Shown: piece by piece, positions 29,468-39,932 of the stretch
Position numbering within the stretch: position 1 is the first letter of the stretch
Layout: each line of letters opens with the position of its first letter
Source of the DNA: Meyerozyma guilliermondii
Lineage: Eukaryota
NCBI GenBank assembly: GCA_051546255.1
Contig: CP128821.1
Location: 620,001-684,000 of the forward strand
Direction of reading: 5' to 3'
Length of the DNA: 64,000 nt
Made by a program: the position numbers and the translations under genes
Notes under the pieces: model-generated
What the model saw: only the letters and a program-made list of their open reading frames with translations
What the model was told of the DNA's origin: nothing
Database searches by the model: none

Positions 29468-30530
29468 GAAGAGACCGCGCCGCGAATGAGCGCAGCGAAG
29501 GAGCGAAGCGTGTGCAGGAAAATGGTCAGTGGTTCAAGATATGGCTATTAGGTTTCTTTCACTGAATTCTTAGTCAAACTTGCAACTTTTCAGTTTCTCG
29601 TCCGGAACTCGTACATTCTCATTGTATAGTATAAGAGTACTGATTTGTATGCACTTTGAGTGCGATAAAATGGTTGCAAAATTTAATTGGACATCCATTT
29701 GACTCGATGATTCTTTAGCTGGTTGCCTTGTATAGTTGTTGCCCTCTATTGGCATAAGCTCCTCATGATCCATAATCAATATCGTCTAGCTGGTTTGAGT
29801 GGAAGATCATGAGCTAAATTATAGTGAAATCAAAGATGATTGATAGGTGGTACTTGACTACAAATCTCAAGAGGTTTAGTACATCACACAACTTTTCCGA
29901 ACTTTGTGTGGTCAAAAATGGCTGCAAATGATGCGCTTTCCAAGAAAAGAAGGAAGAATTTAGAACAATTCAATTTTATCGTTTTATCCACATTTGGTCG
30001 AAGTTGGCTTTTGCGGAAAACGAAAGCAGGGTAAGTTAACAAAAATGGAAACCAGAAAGTCCTTTACAGCTAATTTTGTGTTATGTAAAAGTGTAAAGAA
30101 AGTGAAGGGCCTATGGCCAATGAAATGGAGTGTGAAGAATTATAATTCTCACGCAAAATCATATTTGGTCCAAATGTGGTTCCGGTGTGCGAAACTCAAT
30201 TTGAACCGGAACTAATTAGAGGGTGGAATACCAGAAAATCATCATTTCTATTAGTTACCCTTTTTATCAAGTCAAACCACAAACTAAGTATTTAGAGAAA
30301 AAAACTCCGTTCGTGCAAATCCACGAATTCACAGATGAAAGTCTATTTTGCTGATCTAAAAGATAACGTCAAACTGCGTGTGCGGTCACGTGAAAACCTT
30401 CAATTATAAGATTAGCCAAGTAGGTCGACGAGGCACTGCAACAGCAGCAACCAAGCAGCTAATCAGCCAATAATCAGCAATATCTCTACCATTGATAGTT
30501 TATGAACCTTCTCCATTCTACTCCTACTCC

Positions 30531-32138
30531 CTACTCCTTCTCCAAATTAATCCTCCCCACATCCTCATATCCCTCTTCTATAATCCATTTTTTCAGCTCA
30601 CTTGGCTTTTCTATGACTTCACACGCATATCCCGTGACGAGAAGACCCGGTGGACGAGACCCACATGCCTCAACAGCTGCCGCAACGTCTTTGAGTTTGA
30701 CTCGAACCACTCGCTGATCAGGGCATGAAGCTCGTTCAACGACAGCACAAGGAAGATTTTCGTCCCATCCTTTGCTGATAAGGGTTGGAATAAGGTCCAC
30801 GACCCGATGCAATGCCATCAAAAAGACGGTGGTTCGTGAACCCACAAATTCGGGAATATTTGGCATGGCACCTTTTCTTCCTGTTCCCGTACAAATAAGT
30901 ACCTGATCCGCCACTTCTCTATGTGTGGGAGTGATTTGAGCCGCTACAGGAGCAGCGAGAGCCGAGGTGATTCCTGGAAGCACAACCGGCGTATATCCAT
31001 GTTTTGCAAAAAAATTGTACTCTTCACCTCCACGGCCAAAGATATATGGATCGCCCTGTTTGAGTCTCACAACTTTTTTTCCCTCATAAAGGGCACCCAA
31101 TCCCATACCCAAGAGCTCCTGCTGAGCAGCCTCGGCGTTTCCTGGGAACTTTCGAGCGATAAATAATTTGCACCGGTGGGTTGGAATGAGGTCTAGAACC
31201 TGCTGAGGCACCAATTTATCTGCCAAAATTAAGTCTGCCGAGTTGATCTCGTTGAGTGCTCCGAGCGTGAGAAGCGAAACAGAACCGGGACCGGCGCCCA
31301 CCAACGATATCCTTCCTTTTTTATTTAGATTTTCAGCTTTTTCTTCTTTTTCTTCTTTCTCGACTTTCAGTCTTTTATATGCTGATGTCAAGTCGTCGAT
31401 GGAAACTTCCGCTAGTTTTGCAAGCGGATAGTACTCCACCACCTGGGAGAGCCACCGAGTTCTTTGGATCTTTCTCTCTTCTTTAGACATGTTGAATTCA
31501 TGGACCAATGCGTTGAGAGCACTTGAATTGACCGCATCGTCGTCGTGCTCTCCGATGTTTTTTGTCTCAAATTCCAACCGATCTTCCTCCTGGATCGCCT
31601 TGCGCAACTCACCGACATTGTTACAAATCGCTCCAATATTCGACGGAAGAGAAGCAGCAAGTTCTCGTTTCAATCGTGCCGCCAATTTGCAGCCTTTTCC
31701 ATTGGTGGTTACTCCCATTTGAAAGTCGCCAGATTTGTACGTGGACAACAACGTGAACGAAGAAAGTTCAGGAGAGTCCGACGTGTTCACAGGTATTCGT
31801 AATTTGCAACATTGAGTATAAATCAGGTTTTTAAGTTCAATACTGGAAATGGGTAAAACAGTATACACCCGATCCACCACTTTGTCCACTTCTTCTCGGC
31901 CCAACAGTGTCAAATGTGACAACTCGAACGCTTGGTCGACTCGTATAATCCTCCCCTTGGCAATATCCTCCAATATAGTGTCTGGAAATTTGTAAGAATC
32001 GTCATTTTGTGGGGAAACGAGAACCGGAATGGCCCCGGATTCCAATAATGTTTGCACCCTAAGTGCTGCTACATGTGACCACCCGATCACCAAGTGGCGT
32101 TCGCCCACACAAGTGGAAGCAGTTAGGAGGGCTGTCAT
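30531..32138 (-). CDS. MET1: Uroporphyrinogen-III C-methyltransferase (siroheme synthesis)
   Basis: ISLVGAGPG, VVRLKQGDPYIFGRGGEE, PGITSALAAP; CysG-like N-terminal region. Confidence 0.93.
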   Translation of the reverse strand: MTALLTASTCVGERHLVIGWSHVAALRVQTLLESGAIPVLVSPQNDDSYKFPDTILEDIAKGRIIRVDQAFELSHLTLLGREEVDKVVDRVYTVLPISSIELKNLIYTQCCKLRIPVNTSDSPELSSFTLLSTYKSGDFQMGVTTNGKGCKLAARLKRELAASLPSNIGAICNNVGELRKAIQEEDRLEFETKNIGEHDDDAVNSSALNALVHEFNMSKEERKIQRTRWLSQVVEYYPLAKLAEVSIDDLTSAYKRLKVEKEEKEEKAENLNKKGRISLVGAGPGSVSLLTLGALNEINSADLILADKLVPQQVLDLIPTHRCKLFIARKFPGNAEAAQQELLGMGLGALYEGKKVVRLKQGDPYIFGRGGEEYNFFAKHGYTPVVLPGITSALAAPVAAQITPTHREVADQVLICTGTGRKGAMPNIPEFVGSRTTVFLMALHRVVDLIPTLISKGWDENLPCAVVERASCPDQRVVRVKLKDVAAAVEACGSRPPGLLVTGYACEVIEKPSELKKWIIEEGYEDVGRINLEKE

Positions 32139-32198
32139 AGAAAAAGTTGGAGAAATTGACTAATTCATCATTGGCATTAACAAACGCTATGACACAAC

Positions 32199-32206
32199 GT
32201 CACGTG
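32199..32206. promoter_or_regulatory. Cbf1 (CDEI) site GTCACGTG in the 130-bp MET1/ETT1 divergent promoter
   Basis: Exact GTCACGTG about 60 bp upstream of the MET1 ATG; Cbf1 sites are characteristic of sulfur-assimilation promoters. Confidence 0.7.
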
Positions 32207-32268
32207 CAATGCGATGGGGTCCTGCAGGCAGCCCGATTTTTCAATTTATGGTGCAACTTCACTTCTAA

Positions 32269-33525
32269 ATGGCTAAACGACAATTGGGACTTGGCAAGGC
32301 GGCCAAAGCCAAAAAGCAGAAAACTGAAACCCTGCAAAGCACAGCAGCAACCTCACAAAAGCCAAATGAAACCCTAAGGGTCGAATTGAACGAGGAAGCT
32401 GACGCCGACGATGAGCTCGCTCAGTTGCAAGCGCTCTGGAACACCTACAGTAAGCTGGATAAAGAGAACGAGCTCATGGTGAATGGAATTATACACGAGT
32501 GCGATCGTCTTCTTCGAAACTGGGACGAAAAGAACGAGGCGTTGCCCGATTATTTCCATGCTATCTATGCTCTTGCGCTCTCGGAGCTTGCCAAATATAA
32601 ACCCGAAGAAACAAGCCAATGTTTCCAGATGGCTTTGGAGCGTTTGGACGCTGGTTTGGCTGCGTATCCAAAGTCCATCGATGTCAATTTTGCAAAAAGT
32701 CGAGTTTTACTAGCCCGTATACCACTTCAGTATATCTCCACACTCGAGGTGAGCTCCCAGGTTGGAGACTATCCCAATGTGTCTGAGATGTTGGACGAAG
32801 CACTTTCAGTGTATGAGGTTGCCGAAACCGAAGCAGAAGCCAGAAAGGAGTACTCAAAGTTTAACGAAGACAATCTTGACATTCTTCAAGCGTTGGACGA
32901 TGTGCTCGATATGATGGACAATTTCTGCAAGAAGGAAGAAGAGGAAGACGAAGAAAAAGAAGATGATGATGATGAGGAAGAAGACGAAGAAGAAGAAGTC
33001 ATCCAATTGGCCGAAAATCACCCCCTTTACCATATTCAAGCCACCGACAAATACAACTTTTGGTGGAGAAACCATACCCTTAAATTCCTAACTAATGTCA
33101 CGAAAAGAACCGAAAACACTACCCAGCTTCAACGTGAGCTTTGTACGAGATTGGGTCAGTCGTATCTTCAAGAAGCAGAGGTTCCAGCCAACGTTTATAC
33201 CACTTTAAAGTACGATGATGATTACGCTGGTTTGGGTGAGTTGCAAGGACTCCAAATGGAAGAAGGTCAAAAGTTGGCACAAGAAAGTTTTAAGGAAGCA
33301 TTGAAGTACTTGAAGAAAGCCCAAGATGATGATGACCCAGATACGTGGGTTAATGTGGCAGAAGCCATGATTTCGTTAGGAAACATGTACGAGATGGATT
33401 CTCCAGATCAGGAAAAATGGTATGATGAAGCAGAGAAAATTCTCGTTCGAGCCAACAAGGCTACTCAGGGTAAGTATAGGGAGATTCTTGAGAATCTTCG
33501 GGGAGAGGACGAGGGAGATGAATAG
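32269..33525 (+). CDS. ETT1: Enhancer of translation termination 1 (Nro1 family)
   Basis: MAKRQLGLGKAAKAKKQK, DELAQLQALW, NGIIHECDRLLRN, WVNVAEAMISLGN. Confidence 0.92.
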   Translation: MAKRQLGLGKAAKAKKQKTETLQSTAATSQKPNETLRVELNEEADADDELAQLQALWNTYSKLDKENELMVNGIIHECDRLLRNWDEKNEALPDYFHAIYALALSELAKYKPEETSQCFQMALERLDAGLAAYPKSIDVNFAKSRVLLARIPLQYISTLEVSSQVGDYPNVSEMLDEALSVYEVAETEAEARKEYSKFNEDNLDILQALDDVLDMMDNFCKKEEEEDEEKEDDDDEEEDEEEEVIQLAENHPLYHIQATDKYNFWWRNHTLKFLTNVTKRTENTTQLQRELCTRLGQSYLQEAEVPANVYTTLKYDDDYAGLGELQGLQMEEGQKLAQESFKEALKYLKKAQDDDDPDTWVNVAEAMISLGNMYEMDSPDQEKWYDEAEKILVRANKATQGKYREILENLRGEDEGDE

Positions 33526-33557
33526 AGAGTAGAAGTAGACCAATAAAAGATGAAGAA

Positions 33558-33762
33558 GTGCGAAAATTGCGACAAGATTAGTGAGATTGCGACTAATTAG
33601 CGAGAATGTGCGACTCAAATTAGCGAGTGAGATTGGTGTGTGCGACAAAATAGTGCGACTAATTAGCGAGAGATCAGTATGAGCGACTACTTAGCGAGAT
33701 TAGTGTGTGCGACTTGGTGAGCGTGTGCGCAAGATAGTCGGACTAATTAGCGAGAGATTAGA
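33558..33762. repeat. Degenerate repeat array, core GACTAATTAGCGAG
   Basis: Exact cores at 33591, 33657 and 33741 plus variants and many TGCGAC, between convergent genes. Confidence 0.75.
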
Positions 33763-33802
33763 GCTTACTTATCCTTAACTTATCAACATTATCATTTCTC
33801 GT

Positions 33803-34318
33803 CTATACCCTACTTGCAAGTGTACTTTCGCTATGCAACTTCATGGCATTCTGCTCGTGGGCGTTATCTTTACATGTCTGTAACCCTTGGCACAAATGGT
33901 TCTCTAGCAACCGATGCTTGGCACAGAACTTTCCCTGGCAATGCGAGCAGTCTCCCACCATCCGGAGTGGCGCAGACCCACAAGAAGCAAATGAACACCG
34001 GTTCTTTCTCGACTTTTTCCTTGGTGCCCCACTGGCTGGTTCCGCCATTTTCTGACCCGAGGATGCTCCCCCGTGGTTATTGGCTTCTCCGCTACTCATC
34101 AAGATCACCACACTTCCATCACTCATGCTAAACTCACTTAAAAGCCGAGAATAAGGTGCAAGTTTCTCTCCGTTATAAATCACTTTAAAGTCATTTGGAA
34201 GCTTAAAATCACTTGGACATGCTACTTTTGCAGAGTTATGAAGATCCTCCACCGTCAGGTTGTCAGGAATGGTCACAGAGTACGAAACTTCTGTGGATAA
34301 TCTAAAGGTGACTTTCAT
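33803..34318 (-). CDS. TMC1: Ubiquitin-like plus AN1 zinc-finger protein
   Basis: UBL-like N-terminus (FKVIYNGEKL) and AN1 finger CSFASC...CSHCQGKFCAKHRLLENHLC; adjacent to ETT1 as YOR051C/YOR052C are in S. cerevisiae. Confidence 0.75.
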   Translation of the reverse strand: MKVTFRLSTEVSYSVTIPDNLTVEDLHNSAKVACPSDFKLPNDFKVIYNGEKLAPYSRLLSEFSMSDGSVVILMSSGEANNHGGASSGQKMAEPASGAPRKKSRKNRCSFASCGSAPLRMVGDCSHCQGKFCAKHRLLENHLCQGLQTCKDNAHEQNAMKLHSESTLASRV

Positions 34319-34408
34319 GGTAAAAACAATATGAAGACGCCTTCGGTCCGCAGCCGAGGGCAAGTGTGACGCTGCGATAAGCGCGGGTGCAGGAGCGCGA
34401 GCCGGGGA

Positions 34409-34416
34409 TTGCCACC
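34409..34416 (-). promoter_or_regulatory. PACE-like Rpn4 site GGTGGCAA upstream of TMC1
   Basis: TTGCCACC on + strand about 90 bp upstream of the ATG; TMC1 is an Rpn4 target in S. cerevisiae. Confidence 0.55.
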
Positions 34417-35026
34417 GGATCGGGAAATCCGTCCTGCGCGATCCGGGGCAGGAAAAGAAACGAGAATGCGAAAAAAAGAGAAACGAGAAACGAGAAACGA
34501 GTGTAGTGAAATAGAGGTGGTGAAAAAAGGGTAGAGAAATAGAAGTAGAGTTTGTATAGTGGAGAGTTGCTAACATTTGGACAAAACACGACATTATGAA
34601 ATTGTGACATTTTTGCAATTTTGCAATTTTATGTATTTTCGTTTGTTCATTTTCATTTTCATTTTCATTTTTGCAACTTCTTGAATTCATATTTATTGCA
34701 ATTGATTTTACTAACTCAATCAACTTTCTCCAAGTCTTCTTTCGTATCTTATTCATTCATACTCTTCAGTATATAGTTTAAATTAAACAATTTTCAACCA
34801 AGCTTTCACACTGATATTCATTACTTGCTGAAAAATACAAGTGAAAAAGTGTAAAACTACAAAATTTAAAAGTTGAAGAGAAAGAGCTCCTGCACTATTT
34901 CTTTACCATTTCCCACTTTTCAATTCAATATTTCATTACCATTCACCACTTTTATTTCCCAACTTGTTCTCTTTCATTTATTCATTATCACTGCACTTTT
35001 CAATACTCTCGCCATTACTTTTTCCA

Positions 35027-37090
35027 TTAATTCTCTCCATTACCTTCCTCTTCTTCCCTCCGCTCTTGCATCGCCTTTCGAAGCCGCAACTTGGTCTTTT
35101 CACTGGTAGGAATCACCTCCTCGTGGCCCACGGCTTCTTCCCCATTATCACTATCACTGGCTTCACCCGAAAAAATTGGTACATCGGCAAGATTATGGAT
35201 ATTAAAACCAGAGTATGCCAGTGACGGTTCCTCGTGGTCGTAGAACTCGTCAAAGTCGGTGACTCCATTATACCTCTTGTAGAACCGGTCATAGTCGCTG
35301 AACAAGCCTGGACCAAACTTGTCACAGAATTCTGTCACTCGCTCAGCGAGATAAGCTCGGTTCTTTTTAAGCTCCTCAATTTGTCCCACATCTTTATGGG
35401 CACTCATTAGCGAGTAAAACAAAGGTTTGAGCGACTTGTAGTAATCGACTCCAATTTCACCTATACGCAACGAAGCGTAGGTGGTCAACACCGACCACCC
35501 GTAGCACACCAAAAACACGACAAAAACTGGAACTTGGGGCACCAAGCCCAGCTGAACAAGAAACACCGTTCCTATGACGGAATAGAAAATGTACAATGCT
35601 GGAGCGAGACCCAAAGCCACCAAGATTTTCCAAGTGCTCAACACATCGCGAGCCCGAATTTTTACCACCGAACCAGCGAGAGCTTCTTTGGCTTTCTGAC
35701 GAGAGATTCTTCTTGCGGTAATGAATACCGGCGAAAACAAGAAAATTCCTGGTAAACTGAGCCCGAAAAACAAAAAAACTTTGAATAACCGGTCGGAAAA
35801 CGTCACCAATGTCTTGAACCGGTCACTAGACGACAACAGTTCCACCTGGTGATCATGGAGCCCCATTCTCATGAGTTTCTTGTTGTACTCGCTGACCATG
35901 GTTTTCATTTCCTTGACTTCTGGATTGTCGGCGTACTTCTCGTACCCACGAACCAACCGCCTATTCATTTCCACAATCATAGGCAAAGGTATTTGCTCTC
36001 TTCTCGCCGAGGTATACAACCGACGAGCAGCCTGGAGTGCCATAAGTGTGTCGTAGTCTGTACATGTCACCGTAACCTCTCGAAGTCCCAAAGTAATTGT
36101 CTCCAATAACGCATCCACGGCCGCTTTGGAGTTGTCTTCGTACATTTTGCTTCTCTTTTTGTCCACCCGAATCGGCTTGCCGAACTCAATAACTGCCCGA
36201 GACCGGAACCGGTGTGGATGAAAGTAGTTCATTCCAACGGGAATCACATTGATAACCGCATGCAGGTCCGGCGATGTCGACGCAGCTCCAAGAGCCATAA
36301 TTGCAACACCAGGCTTCAATGGTAAGAGATCAGGACGATCGTGAGAGCCTCCTTCAGGAAAAATCCCCAACACTTCGCCACCGTTAAGGTGGTTGAAAAC
36401 GTTTTGGAAAACCACATTATTATCCACATGGGGAGCCACTTTGTAGGTGGTTCCATTGGTCAACCGGTCAGTTATTTGCTGCTCTTTTTTACCCAATTGG
36501 AACGGTTTTCGCAACCTCAATTCCGTGTCCGAGACCACCTCTTCCACCACAGCATTACCTAACGAATCCGGTAACCCCAAAAGTCCCTTCTTTTGGCAAT
36601 CACGAGTGAACCTCGTTCCTGTACCTTTGACCACAGTAGCGTCTCCATCAAGGTCAATTTTTATGGTTCCTGGCGCCGCTTTCAAGAGATCCTGCGCTCT
36701 CTCCACAGGAATCGCCCCCGTTAACCGGGCAAACATACCTATAAATTTACGCCGATACGACTTGGCAGCGGTCAAAAATGCAATTCGTCGTCCAGAATAA
36801 TGCCGCACTTTCAACATCACAAGAAGAGGATCGATAAACTGGTTCGCATGCGGGGCAATCACAAAGATAATGGGTCCCGTTCGAGGAATGTGGAATGTAC
36901 CCCTGGACTTGACTTCTCGAAAAAACGTGTGTACGATCAGGTCAAAAAACCACAAACATATATCGTAGATAATCACCTTGACGACTTCTAGAACCACTTT
37001 CAAAGTACTTCTGTGGCGGGTCGCAATCTTGTTTTCTGCAGCCGTCGAGGCGTGGGCAGAATTGGATGCATTTGGTGAAGTGGGAGTCAT
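35027..37090 (-). CDS. SCT1: Glycerol-3-phosphate/DHAP sn-1 acyltransferase (Sct1/Gpt2)
   Basis: APHANQFIDP, IPVERAQD, IFPEGGSHDRP, IPVGMNYF acyltransferase motifs. Confidence 0.93.
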   Translation of the reverse strand: MTPTSPNASNSAHASTAAENKIATRHRSTLKVVLEVVKVIIYDICLWFFDLIVHTFFREVKSRGTFHIPRTGPIIFVIAPHANQFIDPLLVMLKVRHYSGRRIAFLTAAKSYRRKFIGMFARLTGAIPVERAQDLLKAAPGTIKIDLDGDATVVKGTGTRFTRDCQKKGLLGLPDSLGNAVVEEVVSDTELRLRKPFQLGKKEQQITDRLTNGTTYKVAPHVDNNVVFQNVFNHLNGGEVLGIFPEGGSHDRPDLLPLKPGVAIMALGAASTSPDLHAVINVIPVGMNYFHPHRFRSRAVIEFGKPIRVDKKRSKMYEDNSKAAVDALLETITLGLREVTVTCTDYDTLMALQAARRLYTSARREQIPLPMIVEMNRRLVRGYEKYADNPEVKEMKTMVSEYNKKLMRMGLHDHQVELLSSSDRFKTLVTFSDRLFKVFLFFGLSLPGIFLFSPVFITARRISRQKAKEALAGSVVKIRARDVLSTWKILVALGLAPALYIFYSVIGTVFLVQLGLVPQVPVFVVFLVCYGWSVLTTYASLRIGEIGVDYYKSLKPLFYSLMSAHKDVGQIEELKKNRAYLAERVTEFCDKFGPGLFSDYDRFYKRYNGVTDFDEFYDHEEPSLAYSGFNIHNLADVPIFSGEASDSDNGEEAVGHEEVIPTSEKTKLRLRKAMQERREEEEGNGEN

Positions 37091-37194
37091 TGCTAAATGA
37101 TGGTTCCCCAGATTCGAGAACTCGAGGCGGGCTGTGTGCAGGATCGAGAGATGAATCAGTTGAGTTTCGTTATTGTATTTCCTCGTATTCTACA

Positions 37195-37977
37195 TCAGTC
37201 CTCGCCCGCTGGAACCTCGTCCTTCAAAATCTTCAACAATTTGAGCTTGATTTCCGTCTGGTCGTCTCCTCGAAGCACATCCTTGGTGAACCACACATCA
37301 ACGTCAAGCTGAACCATATGAAGTGCTCCACGCAATACTCCACATAGAATCTGAGAGTACCACAATTCCTTGGCAACATTGGGATCCTGAGCTACTGGAA
37401 GCTCTACAAACTCAGCCAATGGGTTTTCTGTCAAAATTAGCGAGAAACTTTTTCCATCCTGGCTCCAGTTTCCAACAATGGGTTGAATATTCAAAAAGAT
37501 TTTGAACCCGATTTTGGCAATCACTTCCGACGTTTCTTTGAACGTCTGACATCGCCTGGCACCGGTCTTGGCCAAAAACTCCTCTATGAGTCGGAGACCA
37601 ATATTATAGCCCATTTTGTCTAGTTGCTGATTTACTTCTTGGTAATCATTGTTGAAATCACGGCAAAGTTGAGCCACGGTAGAACCATAAGTCAATGCAA
37701 AAAGCTCAGAGTTCTGCGTTAGTAGAAATAAAGGAGGACCAAATAGAGGTTTAGTAAGATACACTGCTTAATAGAATACACTGGATAATAGAATACACTG
37801 AGCTTGATTTGGTTTGAATTAATCACTGAATAGCTTTATCAGCTAACTGAAGTAGCGCTCTCAGTGAAAGCTGTAACTTAGTATATCCAATATTCATTTC
37901 AAATACAATCTGAAACTTACTATCTTCTCAACGTTGTTTTTCCATATGTCGTCACTGGCATATTTGGCCCTTGACAT
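37195..37977 (-). CDS. BET3: TRAPP core subunit Bet3, spliced (exons 37977-37921 and 37713-37195), 191 aa
   Basis: Exon 1 MSRAKYASDDIWKNNVEKI joins NSELFALTYG across a 207-nt intron GTAAGT...TACTAACGCAG; MGYNIGLRLIEEFLA, ENPLAEFVELP. Confidence 0.96.
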
Positions 37978-38703
37978 CGCTGTGTTGCGTGGTTGAGACT
38001 TTCGATTTGAGGAAGTGCGCACCCACACACCAAGAAGAGAATCAAGCAGGCAGAGGCAGAATGAAGCAAAATGAAGTAGAAGGAGGTTAGCGCAAGAAAA
38101 TGCAAAACACAGTAAATTGAAGCAATGAAGAATTGCCGCCAAAGAAATTATGAATCGAATTGATTAAAGAAATGAATTAGATGAATTATTTTGACTACTT
38201 TTGATTCTAACAAACTACTCTCACTCTCACCTTCCCACTCTCCAGGTCCCCTTTCTCAGATCTCCTATTCGCATCTCGCCACCCATTGCTATCCCCGTCT
38301 CCGCATCCAAACCCCCACACTATTTGCAGTCAATGTTCCGTGACACGCTCAGGTGACTTGCGCGTTTCTTTTTCGCTGCGCATATCACTTGTTTATAACA
38401 GCTTCATTTTGATTGCCAATACTATAAAAAAGCCTATACTGTCCCACTTTTTATTATCAACAAATTACTATAGGGTTCACCCATACTTGCTACTAGTATA
38501 AAAGACTAACGTATCCAAACCATTCAACTTTCAACTTTTGACTTTCAAATTTCAATTTTTCAACTTCAATCCATTCTTTTCCACGGACAAGTTTTAAGTG
38601 CCTACCCCATATATCCCGCCTGCTGCACATTCTAGGCACTGAATAATCATTTTCCGGTTTTTTCCGCATCCAAGTTTCAACCAAAAAACTCATAATTTCG
38701 CCG

Positions 38704-39693
38704 ATGGCAACCATAGGATTTGTGCCTCCACAAAACCTCTCCAGCGTGCTTTCACGATCCACACCTCCTCCCGAGTATGTTGTTGTTAAGAGACCAGATT
38801 TAATAGCAGGAATTCCCGACGGAGTGCTTGCTTTGGTATCTCCAATAATAGCATACTGGACTTATGCGACGTTTTTCCATATCATCGACGTTTACCAGCT
38901 CGCAGAAAAATACAGAATACACCCCAGTGCTGAGGAGGAGTCGCGAAATAAGGTGACGCTTCCGGAGGTGTTGCGGGATGTGATTTTGCAGCATATAGTT
39001 CAAACCATTGTTGGGTGGACGGTGTACAAATTCGACCCTGTTCCTACCACTGGATTTGAAATCTACGAGATGTGGTCATTGAGACAAAAGTATGTTCCTG
39101 CGTTTGTGTCCGATACTGTGCTTTGGTGGGCTTACACTTATGGATTTTCGCTCATTCGCATAGTGCTTGCATTCTGCTTTATTGATACTTGGCAGTATAC
39201 TTTGCACCGTATCATGCATGTGAACAAATGGCTTTACCGCCGGTTCCATTCTCGCCATCACAGACTTTACGTTCCCTATGCTTATGGAGCACTTTATAAT
39301 GATCCTGTTGAAGGTTTCTTGTTGGACACGGCCGGCGCAGGATTGGCATCAATCGTGTTCAACTTGACCCCACGCGAAAACATTTGCTTGTACACATTTG
39401 CAACCATGAAAACCGTAGATGATCATTGTGGTTACAGGCTTCCATTTGACTTTTTCCAGTGGGCATTTCCTAACAATTCAATCTACCATGATATTCACCA
39501 CCAAATTTGGGGTATCAAATCTAATTTCTCGCAACCTTTTTTTACGTTTTGGGACCGGTTATTTGGCACTCGCTACGAATTTGTTAACGAGTATAAAACC
39601 ATGCAAGACCATATTACATTGACCAAATACCGTGAATTCTTGCAAGCCAAAGAAGCCAAGAAGAGAGCGGCAAGACAAAAGAAGGAGAACTAA
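38704..39693 (+). CDS. SUR2: Sphinganine C4-hydroxylase
   Basis: His boxes HRIMH, HSRHH, DDHCG, YHDIHH; YVPYAYGALYNDPVEG; KSNFSQPFFTFWD. Confidence 0.95.
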   Translation: MATIGFVPPQNLSSVLSRSTPPPEYVVVKRPDLIAGIPDGVLALVSPIIAYWTYATFFHIIDVYQLAEKYRIHPSAEEESRNKVTLPEVLRDVILQHIVQTIVGWTVYKFDPVPTTGFEIYEMWSLRQKYVPAFVSDTVLWWAYTYGFSLIRIVLAFCFIDTWQYTLHRIMHVNKWLYRRFHSRHHRLYVPYAYGALYNDPVEGFLLDTAGAGLASIVFNLTPRENICLYTFATMKTVDDHCGYRLPFDFFQWAFPNNSIYHDIHHQIWGIKSNFSQPFFTFWDRLFGTRYEFVNEYKTMQDHITLTKYREFLQAKEAKKRAARQKKEN

Positions 39694-39818
39694 TGACACT
39701 GAAGATAGTACATTCAATAATGAATCAAAAAATTTAAAGCCAAATAGTTGCATCAATTGAAGCAATTGCATCATTGCAATCAATTCAACGAACTTTATTT
39801 TAATCAATTAGATAACTT

Positions 39819-39932
39819 AATCAACTTAATCAATGTTTATCAGTGTAATCAACTTAATCAGTGCTTATCAGTGTAATCAACTTAATCAGTGTTTATCAGT
39901 GTAATTAACATCAATGTTTATCAGTGTAATTA
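39819..39932. repeat. 28-bp tandem repeat AATCAACTTAATCAGTGTTTATCAGTGT x3 plus a degenerate fourth copy
   Basis: Read directly; the first three copies differ from consensus by 0-1 nt. Confidence 0.9.

Noticed and set aside
29570..30215. Short ORFs (69 and 73 aa) between the HAD hydrolase and MET1
   Set aside because: No motifs, splice signals or recognisable homology; no LTR termini or direct repeats seen.
30385..30393. GTCACGTGA as a point-centromere CDEI
   Set aside because: No long AT-rich CDEII or CDEIII follows; CTG-clade yeasts do not use point centromeres. Probably an ordinary Cbf1 site.
34319..34756. 146-aa N-terminal extension of the TMC1 ORF
   Set aside because: Low-complexity promoter sequence containing the PACE-like site; protein-like sequence starts at ATG 34318.
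37714..37764. ORF-track N-terminus of BET3 (MYLTKPLFG...)
   Set aside because: Intron sequence; the true first exon is 37977-37921.
19488..39932. Repeat arrays as CRISPR, telomeric or transposon sequence
   Set aside because: Eukaryotic context, no constant repeat with unique spacers, no cas, transposase or RT ORFs, no terminal repeats.
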